Positions 38,401 through 50,700 of a stretch of DNA of 64,000 nt are shown here, in pieces (positions within the stretch are counted from its first letter, which is position 1; each line of letters begins with the position of its first letter). The stretch lies in NCBI RefSeq assembly GCF_000002075.1, contig NW_004798014.1, forward strand, positions 82,076-146,075, read 5' to 3'. The notes below the pieces were generated by a model. It had not been told where the DNA came from. It searched no databases and saw nothing but the letters and a program-made list of their open reading frames with translations. The DNA comes from Aplysia californica (Eukaryota). The translations under genes and the position numbers were made by a program.

Positions 38401-41400
38401 TAGTTAGATAGCTTAACTGTGAGTGAATTTCTTTCCCTTAATATCAGGTAGTAATCTGTTTCTTTGTTCTTCATAATTTGATATCTGATTGAAACCACAG
38501 CACAGTATTGATCGATTTCCATTTACTTCATTCTCACATGAATGTGTTTGTAACAGGTGTTGGTTGTCTCTGTTGGTTTACAGCGCAGACTTCTTTCCCC
38601 TTATATTTTCCCTCTGTGCTGAATTTATTTTGGAAAAACGCCAGATTAGCACATAGGCTTTTTTTTTGGCTAATAACTTTTTTATTTGTCAAAATTTCTA
38701 ATGAAAGTAAGAATAAAAGTTGTAGAATATTGAAAGTTCTTTATGAATATGTGAAGCAAAAAGTATTTTGTGAAGTTATTGTTGTAGTAATTGTGTTGGA
38801 AATGACTGAATAAAAACTGCCGGTTCATTAGTTGTCTAGATCTAGACCAGAGTCTAGATGCTTCGTAGGCCTACGTTATATTCCACAAAGTGTTAGCTCT
38901 AGCATCAAAACCCCCGAAATCATCTTCCGAATCAAGGAAAATACACGGAACATCTTCATCTAAATCTGATGTGACATTATTGTCACGTTTGTCGGAAATC
39001 AATTCTGTGTAGCCTACCAGCCAGCAGTATAAAAATTAGTACTTCGTTCTTTTCGTATGTATATCACGTTATACTATGCCAATGTCTATCGCGACCGGCG
39101 GTCGTGATCAGCACTTAACGGAAGTTCGGGCCGTCACGACCGGTGGTCGCGATCAGCACTCTAAGGGTTAAAATCGCTAGCAAGCTTGGGTCTTGGTTGT
39201 TGTGTTATGAAAGGTGTTTCTGTACCAATTTTTAGTTAAAGACTAGTTTTGGCTCACAATTAGACATGCAGACTGTTGGTGGGTGCTCTGTCTGGTTTGG
39301 TTTGCCTATTCTGTCAGTATTTTCTGTCTTCCTTTGCTACCCTCCTTTTTTAAAATGTTTGTACTCTTGTAAATTGTAATCTCTTGTAATCTTTGGCACT
39401 TATATGGCTTTAAAAAACTGCTAATACCTAAAAATCTTGTCAAGCCAAATCAAACGGGCATATTCCTTTTATGTCCTCTTTGTTTAGTCTACAGATAGAC
39501 CTCCTACGTCATACATTGAAAACGTTATGTCCGACATTGGTCTACGGGGTCTACGACTTCCCGAAATAATACATCAAATCAGAGACTGGGGAAGATGGAA
39601 GCCTGTTGTGGCAAGGAGTGGGGCACTAACTGATAAACACGGCTCCTCCTTTTTTTATCCAACATCTATCGTCCTTATCTTTCCTCCTTTTTTTTATGTG
39701 TTACTTTTCTGTAACACCTCTAATCTTCGGCACTTATATGACCTTATTGTGTTGCAAGTGCCGTAAAACCCTTACTACTACTAAAGAAAAATCCTTCTTT
39801 TTTCTTTTTTCTCCCTGCTGGCACCAATGCTTTCATTTGAAATGACCTTTCCATGTATTGTAAACTTTAAAACTTGAACCTGGAAACAGTTAGACAGAGA
39901 TGTGAACAAGACCTTGAGATTTATTTTTAATATTATTTCCGTTGCCTCACAGAAACCAGCTTCCAGCTCATCTTCCTCTACACAAGCTCGGAAGGAAGAA
40001 GACGACTTAGCTAAAGGTAATGTTTCTATACAACTTTGGTAACAAAATATAGTCAACAAATAGAATAATAAAAACAAGTTGCAATGGTAAATAAATTTTG
40101 CTTTCTCCTCTTTGTAAGGTGGTTATATCTCTTGTGGTGATTGAGANNNNNNNNNNNNNNNNNNNNNNNNNNNNNNNNNNNNNNNNNNNNNNNNNNNNNN
40201 NNNNNNNNNNNNNNNNNNNNNNNNNNNNNNNNNNNNNNNNNNNNNNNNNNNNNNNNNNNNNNNNNNNNNNNNNNNNNNNNNNNNNNNNNNNNCGCTCTCT
40301 CGTTTTCTCTCTCTCTCTCTCCGTCACACACATGGACACATGCATACAGAAAGCCAGCCACAAAGTACAAAGAAAAGTAAGGTTTTTAAAAAGAAATGTA
40401 TCTTTCTCGACAGCAATTGCGTTATCGCTGCAAGACTCGGAGAGCAAGACGTCCAGCAAGAGTTCGTCGGGGGGTGGGGGGAGCAGCAGTCTATACCCGT
40501 CGTACAACACAGGGATGTCCTCGCAGGCCTCGGCCAAACCCATGCAGAAGGAAATAAGAAAGGTCAGGAGGGGTTGTCGCTGAAATAGGAGCTTGGTTGT
40601 ATTGGGAGTTGTGTGCAGTGGGGGGGGGGGGGGGGGGGGGGTCTCCTCAAATTGATCGTCTGCTCCAGCTTTAATTATCTTTGTTTTTTGTATGATTTTA
40701 GCGCCATGCTAGATGCAGATGGGTTTTTAAGAGTCTGTTATGCAATGTTGTGTTTCAGAATTTTTTAATTTTTAAAATTTAATTTTGTGGGGGGTGGGGG
40801 AGGTTCGTCTCTTTAGATAGATAAGATAAGATACATTTTTATTGTCCAGGTCCTGGCCTATTGGTTTGGTGTTTTATCATGTACAAACACATACATACAT
40901 AAGTAAATACACACGCATGCGCACACCCATGTACACACACCCTCTCACACATACTCTCCTCCATACAGGTCTGTGCACATAACCATAATAATTCAGCAGT
41001 ATGCTTGCAGTCATAAACAGGAATAACTGTATAAACAGTAATAGTGTTAAAAGCTAGCTACATACTCCGTATTCTGATTGTAACTCGGTGGTATTCTGAT
41101 ATTTCATGCTTTAAAGGTCATAGAAATACTTTTACTTAAAAGATGGTTAAGACTGGGTTGTTGCACTATTTCCTTTAGCAATGACTTTGAGCTAATTCAA
41201 AACTGCTTTATCAACAGGTTCGTGCTCTCTATGACTTTGAAGCAGCTGAAGACAATGAACTGACTTTCAAGGCAGGAGAGTTGATTTGTGTATTAGATGA
41301 CAGGTGGGTGAGAATTGTTGTGGATGCCTCTGATATACTGTGTTGGATTGTAGGCCTGCTGTGTCATGTTTTGAAAGAGGTTTTCGAGATGTTGTGTTTT

Positions 41401-44400
41401 CTAAAAGTCTGTTGCGTCATTTTTTTGGTGTTTGAGTTTCTTTTCTTTTCTTTTTTTCCCCCCCTTTAAAAAAATATACTACAACGAAGTGTGTGAGAAT
41501 ACACGGTCAATAAATTGAATGTAACTGTTATTTTGTGATAACTTTTTTTTGGAAAGGGAGAAGAGGACCTAACTTTCTTTGTAAATGTGTATTGATGTGC
41601 TTTGTCACGAGTGAATTTTAACATGCTTTCTTAAATTGCCTCAAGACTTTTCTGTGGATTATTTCATTAACTTAGTTGCTGACCTGCTTGATCTGCTGAC
41701 CTTTGTACCGCTTTGTGAAAGTAATTCTTTTTTTTTTTAAAATTTGCTCCCCTTAGCCTACGCGTCCACCAAAATAAGATCACCTCCAGGCCAAGCTAAT
41801 GTACGAAGTTTTTGCGTGGTGTAGAAACGACTCAAAAAGATCCGCGTCCACCAATGTCAGACCAGCTAAACCTATTTTTAGTAGAGACGGGCGGGTAGCG
41901 CTTTTTCCTTCCCGAGCGAGAAGACCGAGAAGCTGACCTACTTCTCGCCGAGACCGGTCCCGAGAACGAGAAATACTGCCTGTCTCGTGTCTCGGGCAAT
42001 GCTTCTCGTCTCATGACCAATTTCTCTTCTCGCCCCGCAGTTCAAGCCACTTGTTCAGCGAGAAGGCCGGCCGTGGCCGAGATTTCTCTTCTCGCCCCAC
42101 AGAACGAGCAGCTCGTTAAGCGAGAAGACCGTCGTGGCGGGGATCTAAACTTAGATTAGAAACTAGGCTAGCCCTGTTGCGCTGGCGCAGGCGGTGAAAG
42201 AAGGTAGGGAGACGACCTAGGCCTAGGCCCTGATCAACTCCCCACTCGCCTCATCTCGCCGCCCTCTCCCCTCCCTTTCAGTTTCACACACAGGACGGCA
42301 CGGTGATGGGTGGCACTGTCTGCGTTGTCATTTCTCGCCTCTCACTCTCTCACTCTCGTTACTGTTACTCGTTATGTCAAGCCAACGGGCAGTATCACGT
42401 CTCGGTACCGAGCAGAAGTTCAGTGCCCGGGCAGTGACGGGAAGGCAGTTACTCGCGAGAAACGAGACTCGGCTCGTCTCGTGCCCGCCCCTAATTTTTA
42501 GCCCAGTATGTTATGATTACGAGAACAGACAGACAGCACAGGCGATTTATTTATTTATTTACCACATTAAAAAAACTAAAAAGCAACAAATTATAATTAT
42601 GGGGAAAATTGTTGGTAAGTTCGGACGATGAGAAGGGAAAAAAAAAAAAAAAGCTGGGGCTGGGATTCGTACCCACGCTCACAAAACAATGTATGCCTCC
42701 AAACGCAGAGACGTTGTTCACCCGGCCATCAGAACTTTCATCAGCAAAGGGTAAATTAAGCTTCATATACAGCACTGTTTCAGGAAAGGCAAAGCGACAC
42801 AATATAATATTGAGATGTAGATCTAGAATCTAGGCTTAGATCTAGTGGACCGGCAGATAATGTCTGGAGAAAACTAAAAATTGGCGGAAAATTGGAAGCA
42901 CTAAACATTAGAGAACGTAGATCTAGATCTAGACACGTCCCTAAGTCTAACCTGGCCTATTTTTAGCTCTCCCGAGAACGAAATAATGATCTACATCTAG
43001 ATTCTAGGTCAAGTGCTTTAGTTTCATTTTTTTTGCTGTTTTGCAGCATAAATCTGCTATTGTACAGCATATTTATAATGTGATACAACTTTATTGATCA
43101 TGTAAAGTACAATGAAGAAGCAGAAATGTACTTAAAGATGCAAATTTCCTTCCAAAATGAGTCGAATCGAGGCTTTCATAGTCCCCTGTACGACTGACGA
43201 AAAAGCGTGCATGCAGGAAAATCGCGTAGTCAGGCAAAGGCAGTCAATGACTGACAAAAACAAGCTCATTTGCATGTGAGCTTGGCCTGCAAGTGACGAA
43301 AAAGCGCAGTGGACGCGGGGCCTTATGCAGCTGGGAGTGCTGTAAAACACTTACCGAACAATGTTTTAAAATTTGCCCTGTCTCTTTTCTTTGCATATCA
43401 CCCCTCTAATTTATGTGTCTTCGGGTCACGTCTTTATTGTAACAATAAAGTAAATAACGATTAATCTTTCGTTCTTGTGGGTGATCTGTTGATGTTCGTT
43501 TGGTTTCCATAATAAAGATATTTTTTTAAAAAGCCTTTTCTCCCCGCAGCGATCCAAACTGGTGGAAGGGCTCCAACCACAGAGGAGAAGGCTTGTTCCC
43601 CGCTAATTTCGTCACTAGTGACCTGTCTGTCGACCCGGAGCCTGAAGGTGGGTAGTTCTGTCTGCACTCTAAGTGTGTGGCCTCTTGTGTGGGGCTAAAA
43701 CTTCTGTACTAAAACCTAAAACGGATCACTTCTCTTGTGTTTTAGTAAGTTTTACGGCACCCGCCACACAAGTAGGACATATTATTGTGCTAAAGTGACT
43801 TATCTTGTGTATACAATCTGGTGCAGTCAAACATGTAGCTGAATTTTTCTACTGTGGATTGTGTGGAATTGATAGAGGGAAAAACAACTAGTACACAAAA
43901 GCTAATGGTATAACCTTGTGTTGTTTTTTTTGGGTGGTCCCACCCCTCGTATACCTGGATTGGAAAGTGCTTACATTTTCCTGATGTGTTGTGAAAACGA
44001 GTAAAGAATGTTCACTTCCCTCGACTTATTCATTTACTGTTTGCTGTACTTGGCTTATTGTTTGCAGTGAAAGTGGAGAAGAAGTCTGTCCAGTTTAGTG
44101 AAGAGGTTCAGGTGAAGACAGTCACCTTGCCGCCGGGTGAAGAGGAAATTGACGAGAGTAAAATTGACGAGGTGCTTGCGCTGATCCAGAACGCTGACCC
44201 GACTGGAGAGACTCAGCCGGACAGTCAACAAATGCTGGTGCTGGAAGGTGAGCTGGGAACGGAGGGGGAAGAACTTTTTTAAAACTTTGCCTCGTGGTTA
44301 TTCACTTTTGGATTAACTCTTTCTCTTTATCCCCTCTCTCTCTCTCTCTCTCTCATTCGCTCTCCTCATTCGTATCTCTGTCTCTCTCTCTACCTCTTTT

Positions 44401-44534
44401 CACTGTCTGTCTGTTCTCTCCCCCTCCGCCACCCACTCACCTTTCTCCTCTCCTCTTTCTCTCTCCATCTCTCATACACATGCACACACATACAGGTGGT
44501 TTGAGGGCTTTATTTGTCTGGTAGGTTCTACTCC

Positions 44535-44569
<35 letters not shown>

Positions 44570-47500
44570 AGTCCAGTCTATCTTTCTTATTCATTCCCTG
44601 GACTAAACAACTGTTGTCATTGTGCTTCTTCTTTTTCCTCTGACAAGCAAAAGTTTCCCTGGTTACCTACGTGCACATGCTGGATTTCATCATCATTATT
44701 TACAGTTGCAATACTGCTTCTGTCCCCAGAACAATGCAAAGCCATGGGACCCTTGATAGACGCTGAGCTTGAAAAAGTAGACAGGTTTGTAAACTAATGT
44801 AATTTCATACTTTATAATGCACTATATTCTACTGCTTTTGGCAAAGATTAAAAGACAGTAGAGCAATGCCTACTGCATAGTTGCAGTGGTCAAATAGATG
44901 CTCCGAACCGAGTGGGGTTGTTGGGGTCATGCTCTTCGCATTGTTTTGCAAAAGATGTCAAAAGTTCCATGTGGGAGGTTGGAGGGCGCCACTGGTAGGC
45001 CCTTCTTTTCTTTCCCTCTGTTGTTTCTGTCTGTTTGTCTTGCCCTTTTCCGGCACTGAATGACCATTATTGCGTCGATGTGCTTCTCTTTACTCAAACA
45101 AACAAACAAAATCAAGTTCCATGGAGAGAAAAGATTTGAACGAGTATTACGGTCTTTCTATTGGGGAGAAATATTCCTTTCACTTAAGGTTGGTCCTGGC
45201 CTAAGAGTGATAGTAGCATCTTGCCTCTTCATTGATTTTTTGTATGTATTGATGTGGAGGGTTCAACATTTTAAGTTGTGGTCTTAGTTTTATGGATAGA
45301 CAAAGTAGTAGTAATTGTGAGCTCACTTAGTGGGAAATGGTGTATATTTCCTTGCATCGGTACCATAAAACAAGTGTAAAACTTGTTGGTATAACATTAC
45401 TGGTCTATGGTGAGGATGGCCCTGGTTCAATTCCCCCTCACAATATTTTTGAACTAGGGTTGTTTTTTGGAAAGTTTTCACAGCTCTCCGCCGCTCTCTT
45501 TGCGTGGTCCTTTTGGAGATAGACATTGAATTTGGAGGCCCAGCTATTTAAATAAACTTACTGTGTGGAATGGGCTGCTGATCTCAGAACAATGTCAGAC
45601 ATTGAACTGGGAGGTCCAGCCTCTTAAATAACCAAACAGTGTAGAAAAGGGTGCTAAACTCAAACGTCCTTTTCTTTTTTTTCTTTAAAACCAGGAAATA
45701 CGCTAACCTGGTGGAACTGAACAAAGAAGTGAATTCGGAGGTCCAGCGTCTTCAATAACCTTACAGTGTAGAAAAGGGTGTTAAACTCATACAATGACCT
45801 TTTCTTTTTTTTGTTTTAAACCAGGAAACACGCTAACCTGGTGGAGCTGAACAAGAAAGTGATGGAAGCGCTGCAGATGTACCACTCACTGATGCGGGAG
45901 ACCCCGGCCTACGGCTACCCGGGCCTCAAGACCCAGCAGCCATCGGCCGCCGCCATCGCCCTGGGCATGTACACGCCGCCTGTCATGCCACAGGGACCCC
46001 CGCCGGGAGCCGCTGCCGCTAACGCTGCCATGGGACAGCCCGCACAGGTGAGTCTGGTTGTGACCATATAAAGTTTTGTGTGTGAATGAGTTAGGTTTTG
46101 ACAGACAGAAGTCTACTCTATGTTTGAGATTGGTTTAGAAAAAGTTAACTGTATGATTGACGTTAGTTCAGATAAAAGTTAACTGTACGACTGAGATTGG
46201 TTTTGAAAAAAGTTAACTGTAGGATTGAAGTTGGTTTTGAAAAAAGTTTACTGTATGATCGATGTCGGTTCAGAAAAAAGCCTACGGTTTAGAAAAACGA
46301 AAGGTTTACTGTTTGATTAAGGTTGATTTAGAAAAACAAAAGGTTTACTGTATGATTGAGGTTGGTTGAGAAAAGCAAAATGTTTACTGTATGATTGAGG
46401 TTAGTTTAGAAAAGAAAAAGGTTTACTGTATGATTGAGGTTGGTTTTGACAAAAGTCGGCCATATGGGTAAGTTTTGTTTTTGTCTGTAGTTACCAGAAT
46501 CACCGAAGTTGAAATCGGCTGGAACGCTTTAAAAAAAAAATCACCCAACTGTTGTGTAGGTGAAATTGCCTTGGGCAAGTGATCGTTGAAGCAGGGTGAA
46601 CAGTTAGTGTTTGTATCTGTGACACGTGATCTTTTCCTAAAATTGAGCCTTTTCGCCCTGCAGGTGTACGGAGGCCAGCCCCAGTACATGGTGCCAGGCG
46701 CCCTGGGCCAACCTCAGCCGGCCATGGTGGGGGCCATGAGTGCCGCGCCCACACAGTCGTACACACAGACACAAGCCACACCCTCCAGTCAGCAGTCTTT
46801 CCCGCCGTAAGTTTTCACACTGTGCGTGCATGTGTGGGTAGACAGATTCTGAGGGGGGGGGGGGGTGCTTCGATTTTAAAATCATTTGCCACCCTTGTAT
46901 GGGATAAGTTTTTTGTGTTTTTAAAAAAATCAATACGAAGCAGATATCTCTTGAATTTTCAGATGAAGCATTTGAGTAATGTACAAGGAAGAAATAGTTT
47001 TTCCATTTTCTTTAAGAATATTTAGGGGCTTCATTCTCGAACGCAAATACTTTTCTTAGTGGAAGAGCAATCTCAATGCCTCCCATGTGTGAGTATGTTA
47101 ATCCAGAAGTGGCCCTGTCAACTGATGCTGTGAATACTTGGGACAGCCTGCACCATCAAGGTCAGGTTCCCAACATCTTGCTCTGTCTCTGTGTACAGCC
47201 TTTTAGCAAAAGCTTGATACGTGCAAAATGATCAAACTGTATCACAATACAAAAATATAAATTCAGCCAGGTTCTAATTATGTAAACTAAAAGTCCTTGT
47301 TAATTTTTCTTGCCTGTCCAGATTAGATCTGTGGCAATGAAAACGATGCAGTAAAGTTTGAGTGGAAAGTTTCCAATTTACATTTAAATGATCAGAAAGA
47401 AAATTACAGGCTTTACTATACTTTACCATTACCATTTTGCTGTGGACAGCTTATATCACAGTGGGTCTGGTAATGGGACTTTAAAAAAAATAACTTTTTG

Positions 47501-47748
47501 TTTACTTCACCAGGCAGCCCAGTGCAGCTCCCATGTCCTCTTACGCGGCTCACGGCTCCATTGGCCAGATACCACCCCCCATGCAGCAGCAGCAGCCCCC
47601 CGTGGCCAACGGCGCCCCCACGCTACAGGCCCCTCCTCAAATACAACAACAACAGTACAGCGCCACGGTGGCCCCGAGCTTCAGCCAGAGCCCGCCCACC
47701 AACATGGCGATGTACCACCCACCCCCTCCCCAGCAGCCCCTGCTTTAA
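27883..47748 (+). CDS. STAM: Signal transducing adaptor molecule (ESCRT-0; VHS-UIM-SH3-GAT-ITAM-P/Q-rich), 15 coding exons, about 561 aa
   Basis: Phase-consistent GT-AG exons: 27883-27925 ([14 protein letters not shown]), 32627-32711 ([23 protein letters not shown]), 34459-34534, 34823-34921 ([22 protein letters not shown]), 35567-35652, 38140-38203, 39953-40016 (KEEDDLAK), 40414-40562 (AIALSLQD), 41218-41303 ([21 protein letters not shown]), 43550-43647 (DPNWWKG...GLFPANFV), 44068-44247, 44730-44784 ([17 protein letters not shown]), 45825-46047, 46664-46806 and 47514-47748 (...QQPLL*). Total 1686 nt. Confidence 0.96.
28485..31524. mobile_element. Composite DNA-transposon-like element built from TATTCTCACCC/GGGTGAGAATA inverted motifs (STAM intron 1)
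   Basis: Motif copies at about 28487, 28894, 28926-28947, 30650-30727 and 31472-31524, including near-perfect palindromes tattctcaccccgggtgagaata. Confidence 0.6.
29451..30300. mobile_element. Short-TIR DNA element inserted in a (CA)n tract
   Basis: AGCAATGCCA...TGGCATTGCT, flanked by the direct repeat ACACACTCT (29442-29450 and 30301-30309), with (CA)n on both sides. Confidence 0.75.
35861..37821. mobile_element. piggyBac-like non-autonomous element (about 2 kb, STAM intron 5)
   Basis: TTAA-CCCTCATCCTGCCGGAGCCG at the left; CGGCTCAGACGCAGGACAATAG-TTAA at the right. CpG-rich interior with an internal direct repeat (about 36700-36800 and 36988-37090). Confidence 0.6.
41754..43325. mobile_element. 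PIF/Harbinger-like non-autonomous element (STAM intron 9)
   Basis: TTA-GCCTACGCGTCCAC...CAGGCCAAGCT at the left; AGCTTGGCCTG...GTGGACGCGGGGCC-TTA at the right. Internal direct repeat of about 60 bp at 42020-42140. Confidence 0.7.
44970..45110 (+). mobile_element. Short interspersed repeat family B (about 145 bp), representative copy
   Basis: gggaggttggagggcgccactggtagg...gttgtttctgtctg...aatgaccatt...(caaa)n. Other copies at 52401-52540(+), 53068-53135(+), 58296-58440(+) and 59470-59617(-). Confidence 0.8.
45521..45862 (+). repeat. Tandem duplication that includes the 3' splice site and first about 35 nt of STAM exon 13
   Basis: ccttttcttttttt...aaaccag|gaaa(t/c)acgctaacctggtgga(a/g)ctgaacaa occurs at 45695 and 45825 (130-nt period). 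A third, shorter copy of the intronic part starts at about 45521. Confidence 0.92.
46090..46455. repeat. Minisatellite, 30-33-bp unit, about 10 copies
   Basis: Consensus aaaa(g)gtt(t/a)actgtatgattgaggttggttttag in STAM intron 13. Confidence 0.92.
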
Positions 47749-50700
47749 TCTCTGGTGTACATGTACATGATGATCAAGTATTCTTATTGCCCCGGAATTT
47801 TGGGATGATATAGCGCACCCTGCTGGCGACTGTGGTGTCATGATTAGGCTCCTCTTTGTGGTGCTTTTCGAAGATGCAAATTTGATTTCTGCAGAAGGAC
47901 AATTTTTTAACGAGGTTTTTTTTGTTTGTTTGGGATTTTTTTTTTTCAAATAAAAAAAAAACTAATAAAAAAAAAAAAGAATCTGTTCTCTTTCTGCTTG
48001 GTTTCTGTGTCCCAAACAACTGTGGCTGACTCTGATGGGCAGGGTTGATTGAAACTGCTCACATCATAAACAATCGAAACTGCCATGTTGGTGGAAAATA
48101 TTGATTTACAATCATTTTTAAATGCACCCTGTGGGTTTTTAGAATATGCTTGAGTGGGATTCTTTTTCCTTGTAATTTGTTGTCGTGACGGGGGTGGATG
48201 AGGTTACATTCGTTGACTTTTGACAGCGTCCCCAAAGGCTTATTGATTTTAATTTGCTTTTGAATAAAAGCCCCACATAATTTGGCGGTGGGGGTTTAGA
48301 CATGGCGCTACCTCATTGTATAGGGCAACGTGGGGGGGGGGGGGGTATAACGCATGTGCTTTATCATCCCAAAATTTCTGGAAATTCTATTTTAACCCTG
48401 ACTTGACTAAAGGTTTTGTACCTGCTGCCAGAAAAAACAAAGGCGGGTGAGAACAGATTAGTCAGGCAAGGGTTACGGTTAACACAGTGTACTATATTAA
48501 TTTGTATTGCCGTCTTTCTGACCATAGTTTTTTTTTTTTCCGCCTGCCCCCTTGTCTTTTAAAACGTGGGCTGTTGTGAATAAGTATGGGCCCATTTGTA
48601 GTGAAAGTAAAGCCATTTATATTTCAAAAGGATGACTTTGTCTATGTGGAGCGACTGCCAGATTTCATGATCAAAGAGTTTCTGTTTATGATGTTGTGAC
48701 GTTTTGTATTTGTCTTGTATTGTTTTGTGTTTTTTTTTGGGTAATAAATTCCATTTTGCTTAATGTGTTCTCAAATTTAAGTAGTTTCTCTAGCTGGGGG
48801 GGGGGGGGGGGGGGGTGCAACTCCTTCCTGCAATGTGATATGAGAACCTCTCGGCTCAGGAGTGCCGGAGTTCAAGTGCATCTTTCATTATTATCGCATA
48901 ATTGTTAAGGTTGTTTTTTTTTTTCAAGCTCTCTCATTTCCTTTAGTTTCTGTCTACTCAACTCTTACTGTCCCAGTCGCATATATTTCCCCCAGGCCGC
49001 GTCGCGTTTGCTTTTTCCCCTCGCTGGACACCTCAAACCCAGTTGGACATTTTTACCTAGAATGTTGTCTCTGAAAAATGTACTTTTCGTTATTTTCTTA
49101 TACTTCGAAGGCAGTGCAAGCATTTTTTTAAAAGGTCAGCAAAAAATTGAATGAAACGGTCAGTATTAATAACAATGAATAATATAAATTGCAATTGTAT
49201 AGCGCATATCCCCGCTCGACAGCAAGCTCTATGCGCTTTACACACTCTATTGGCTGGGCTTGTGGAGTCAAAGTCTCTAGCATTATCTAGGCAAAAGGGA
49301 GGCGAGGGCTAAAAATATCCCCGTTGCTGTAAGGGTTAATAGTTAATCTGCAAAAAGCAAGAAAACTTGAAGAATATTCTCACTTTTTGAAATCCTACTG
49401 TGGTATCGTGAGATGTGCTGGCCTTCTTATATGCAGTGCTTCCAGTCTTCCATTTATTCTTACAGAAATCCATACTTTCTGAAAGTTCAGTTCTTGCCCG
49501 CCTCATCATTATCAACTTTATCTATAATAAGTGGGATAGTGAATGGCTACTTAAATTCGATAGCAAAGATCATTTTCAGCAATTACTTATAGACCTGCTA
49601 GATTGTGCATTTCCTGCACTCGGCCATTATCCTTTTGTACTTCCATTGTGGATTCTGTCCGTAATATGTCTTCACGTGCAATCAGTTAAAATCCGATTTG
49701 TCATTACAGCAAAATTTTGGTGCCAATTGCCTCCTTTATTTAATTCACTCATTCTTTTTGTCCGTTTAGGCTAAAAAATCCTCGTCTATCAAAAAAATTG
49801 AATTGTGATTTTAGGAAGAAAACTTATCTAACAGAGTGAAACTTTTTTTTCAAATACGTCAAGGTGTAGATAAATTGCCAGAATGAGGATACTATGAGAG
49901 CATGATGAAGGCCACAGCGGAAAAAATTGCTGCTCAAACTAAAATTAGGAATATTTGGAAATGGTGCCATGAAGTTGTGACATTCAAATGCAAAAATGTA
50001 GGAAAATTAGTGTACATGCTGAGTGACTGTATGATGAAGAAGGATGTTCCATGATGTGCATTCTGTCAACGGTGGGATGACAAATTAAATTACAGTGACA
50101 GTGACAAGGGAAAATCATGTAGATGAAGAAATCAAACAGAAAAAATTTGCGGCGAAAAAATTGATGTTATGGGTTGTTGGCAATCTTTTCCTTACTCCCT
50201 TATGCCATTTTTGACCCCCTATAAGCACTAAATTTCAAATTCTTACTTTTCTGCTTTGTTGGAAGCACTGGATACGTCAGATTCCTTCTTTATTTTGTTC
50301 CTAGGGGGTGGATTCACATCAGAACTGACACCAACCGGAATAAAGCTTGAGCCTCGAAGCACTGCGCGGTGTAAATGTGATCATGTATAGGACAAATTTT
50401 TTTGCTCTCTTGTCTTCAAAGTGAGGGCTTTGGCTGGATGTGTTTAGTTTAAATGGTGAAGACTTTCCGTTTCTAAATTTTTTTCTTCTTTCTTTTTTTA
50501 AACTTTCTTTCTACTTTTGTATCTTTTGCTTCCTCATTTATACATATTCATTTCGCAGACGCAAAAGTTAAACCGTTAAACAAGCTTTTTTTATTGTGCC
50601 AAACATGATTTAGTGTGTCAGTCTTGGCAAACGAGTGTGTTTGTGGTTTGAACCTGGTGGGCAGGTAGTGTGATCCAGCTTCTTGTAAAATTACAGCAAC

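Noticed and set aside
44535-44568. Long poly-C/poly-G tracts (also 33253, 40620, 48796, 55061) as G-quadruplex signals
   Set aside because: They are scattered throughout without positional pattern and are prone to assembly length error.
46090-46455. CRISPR-like periodicity
   Set aside because: Units are contiguous with no unique spacers, there are no cas genes and the context is a eukaryotic intron.
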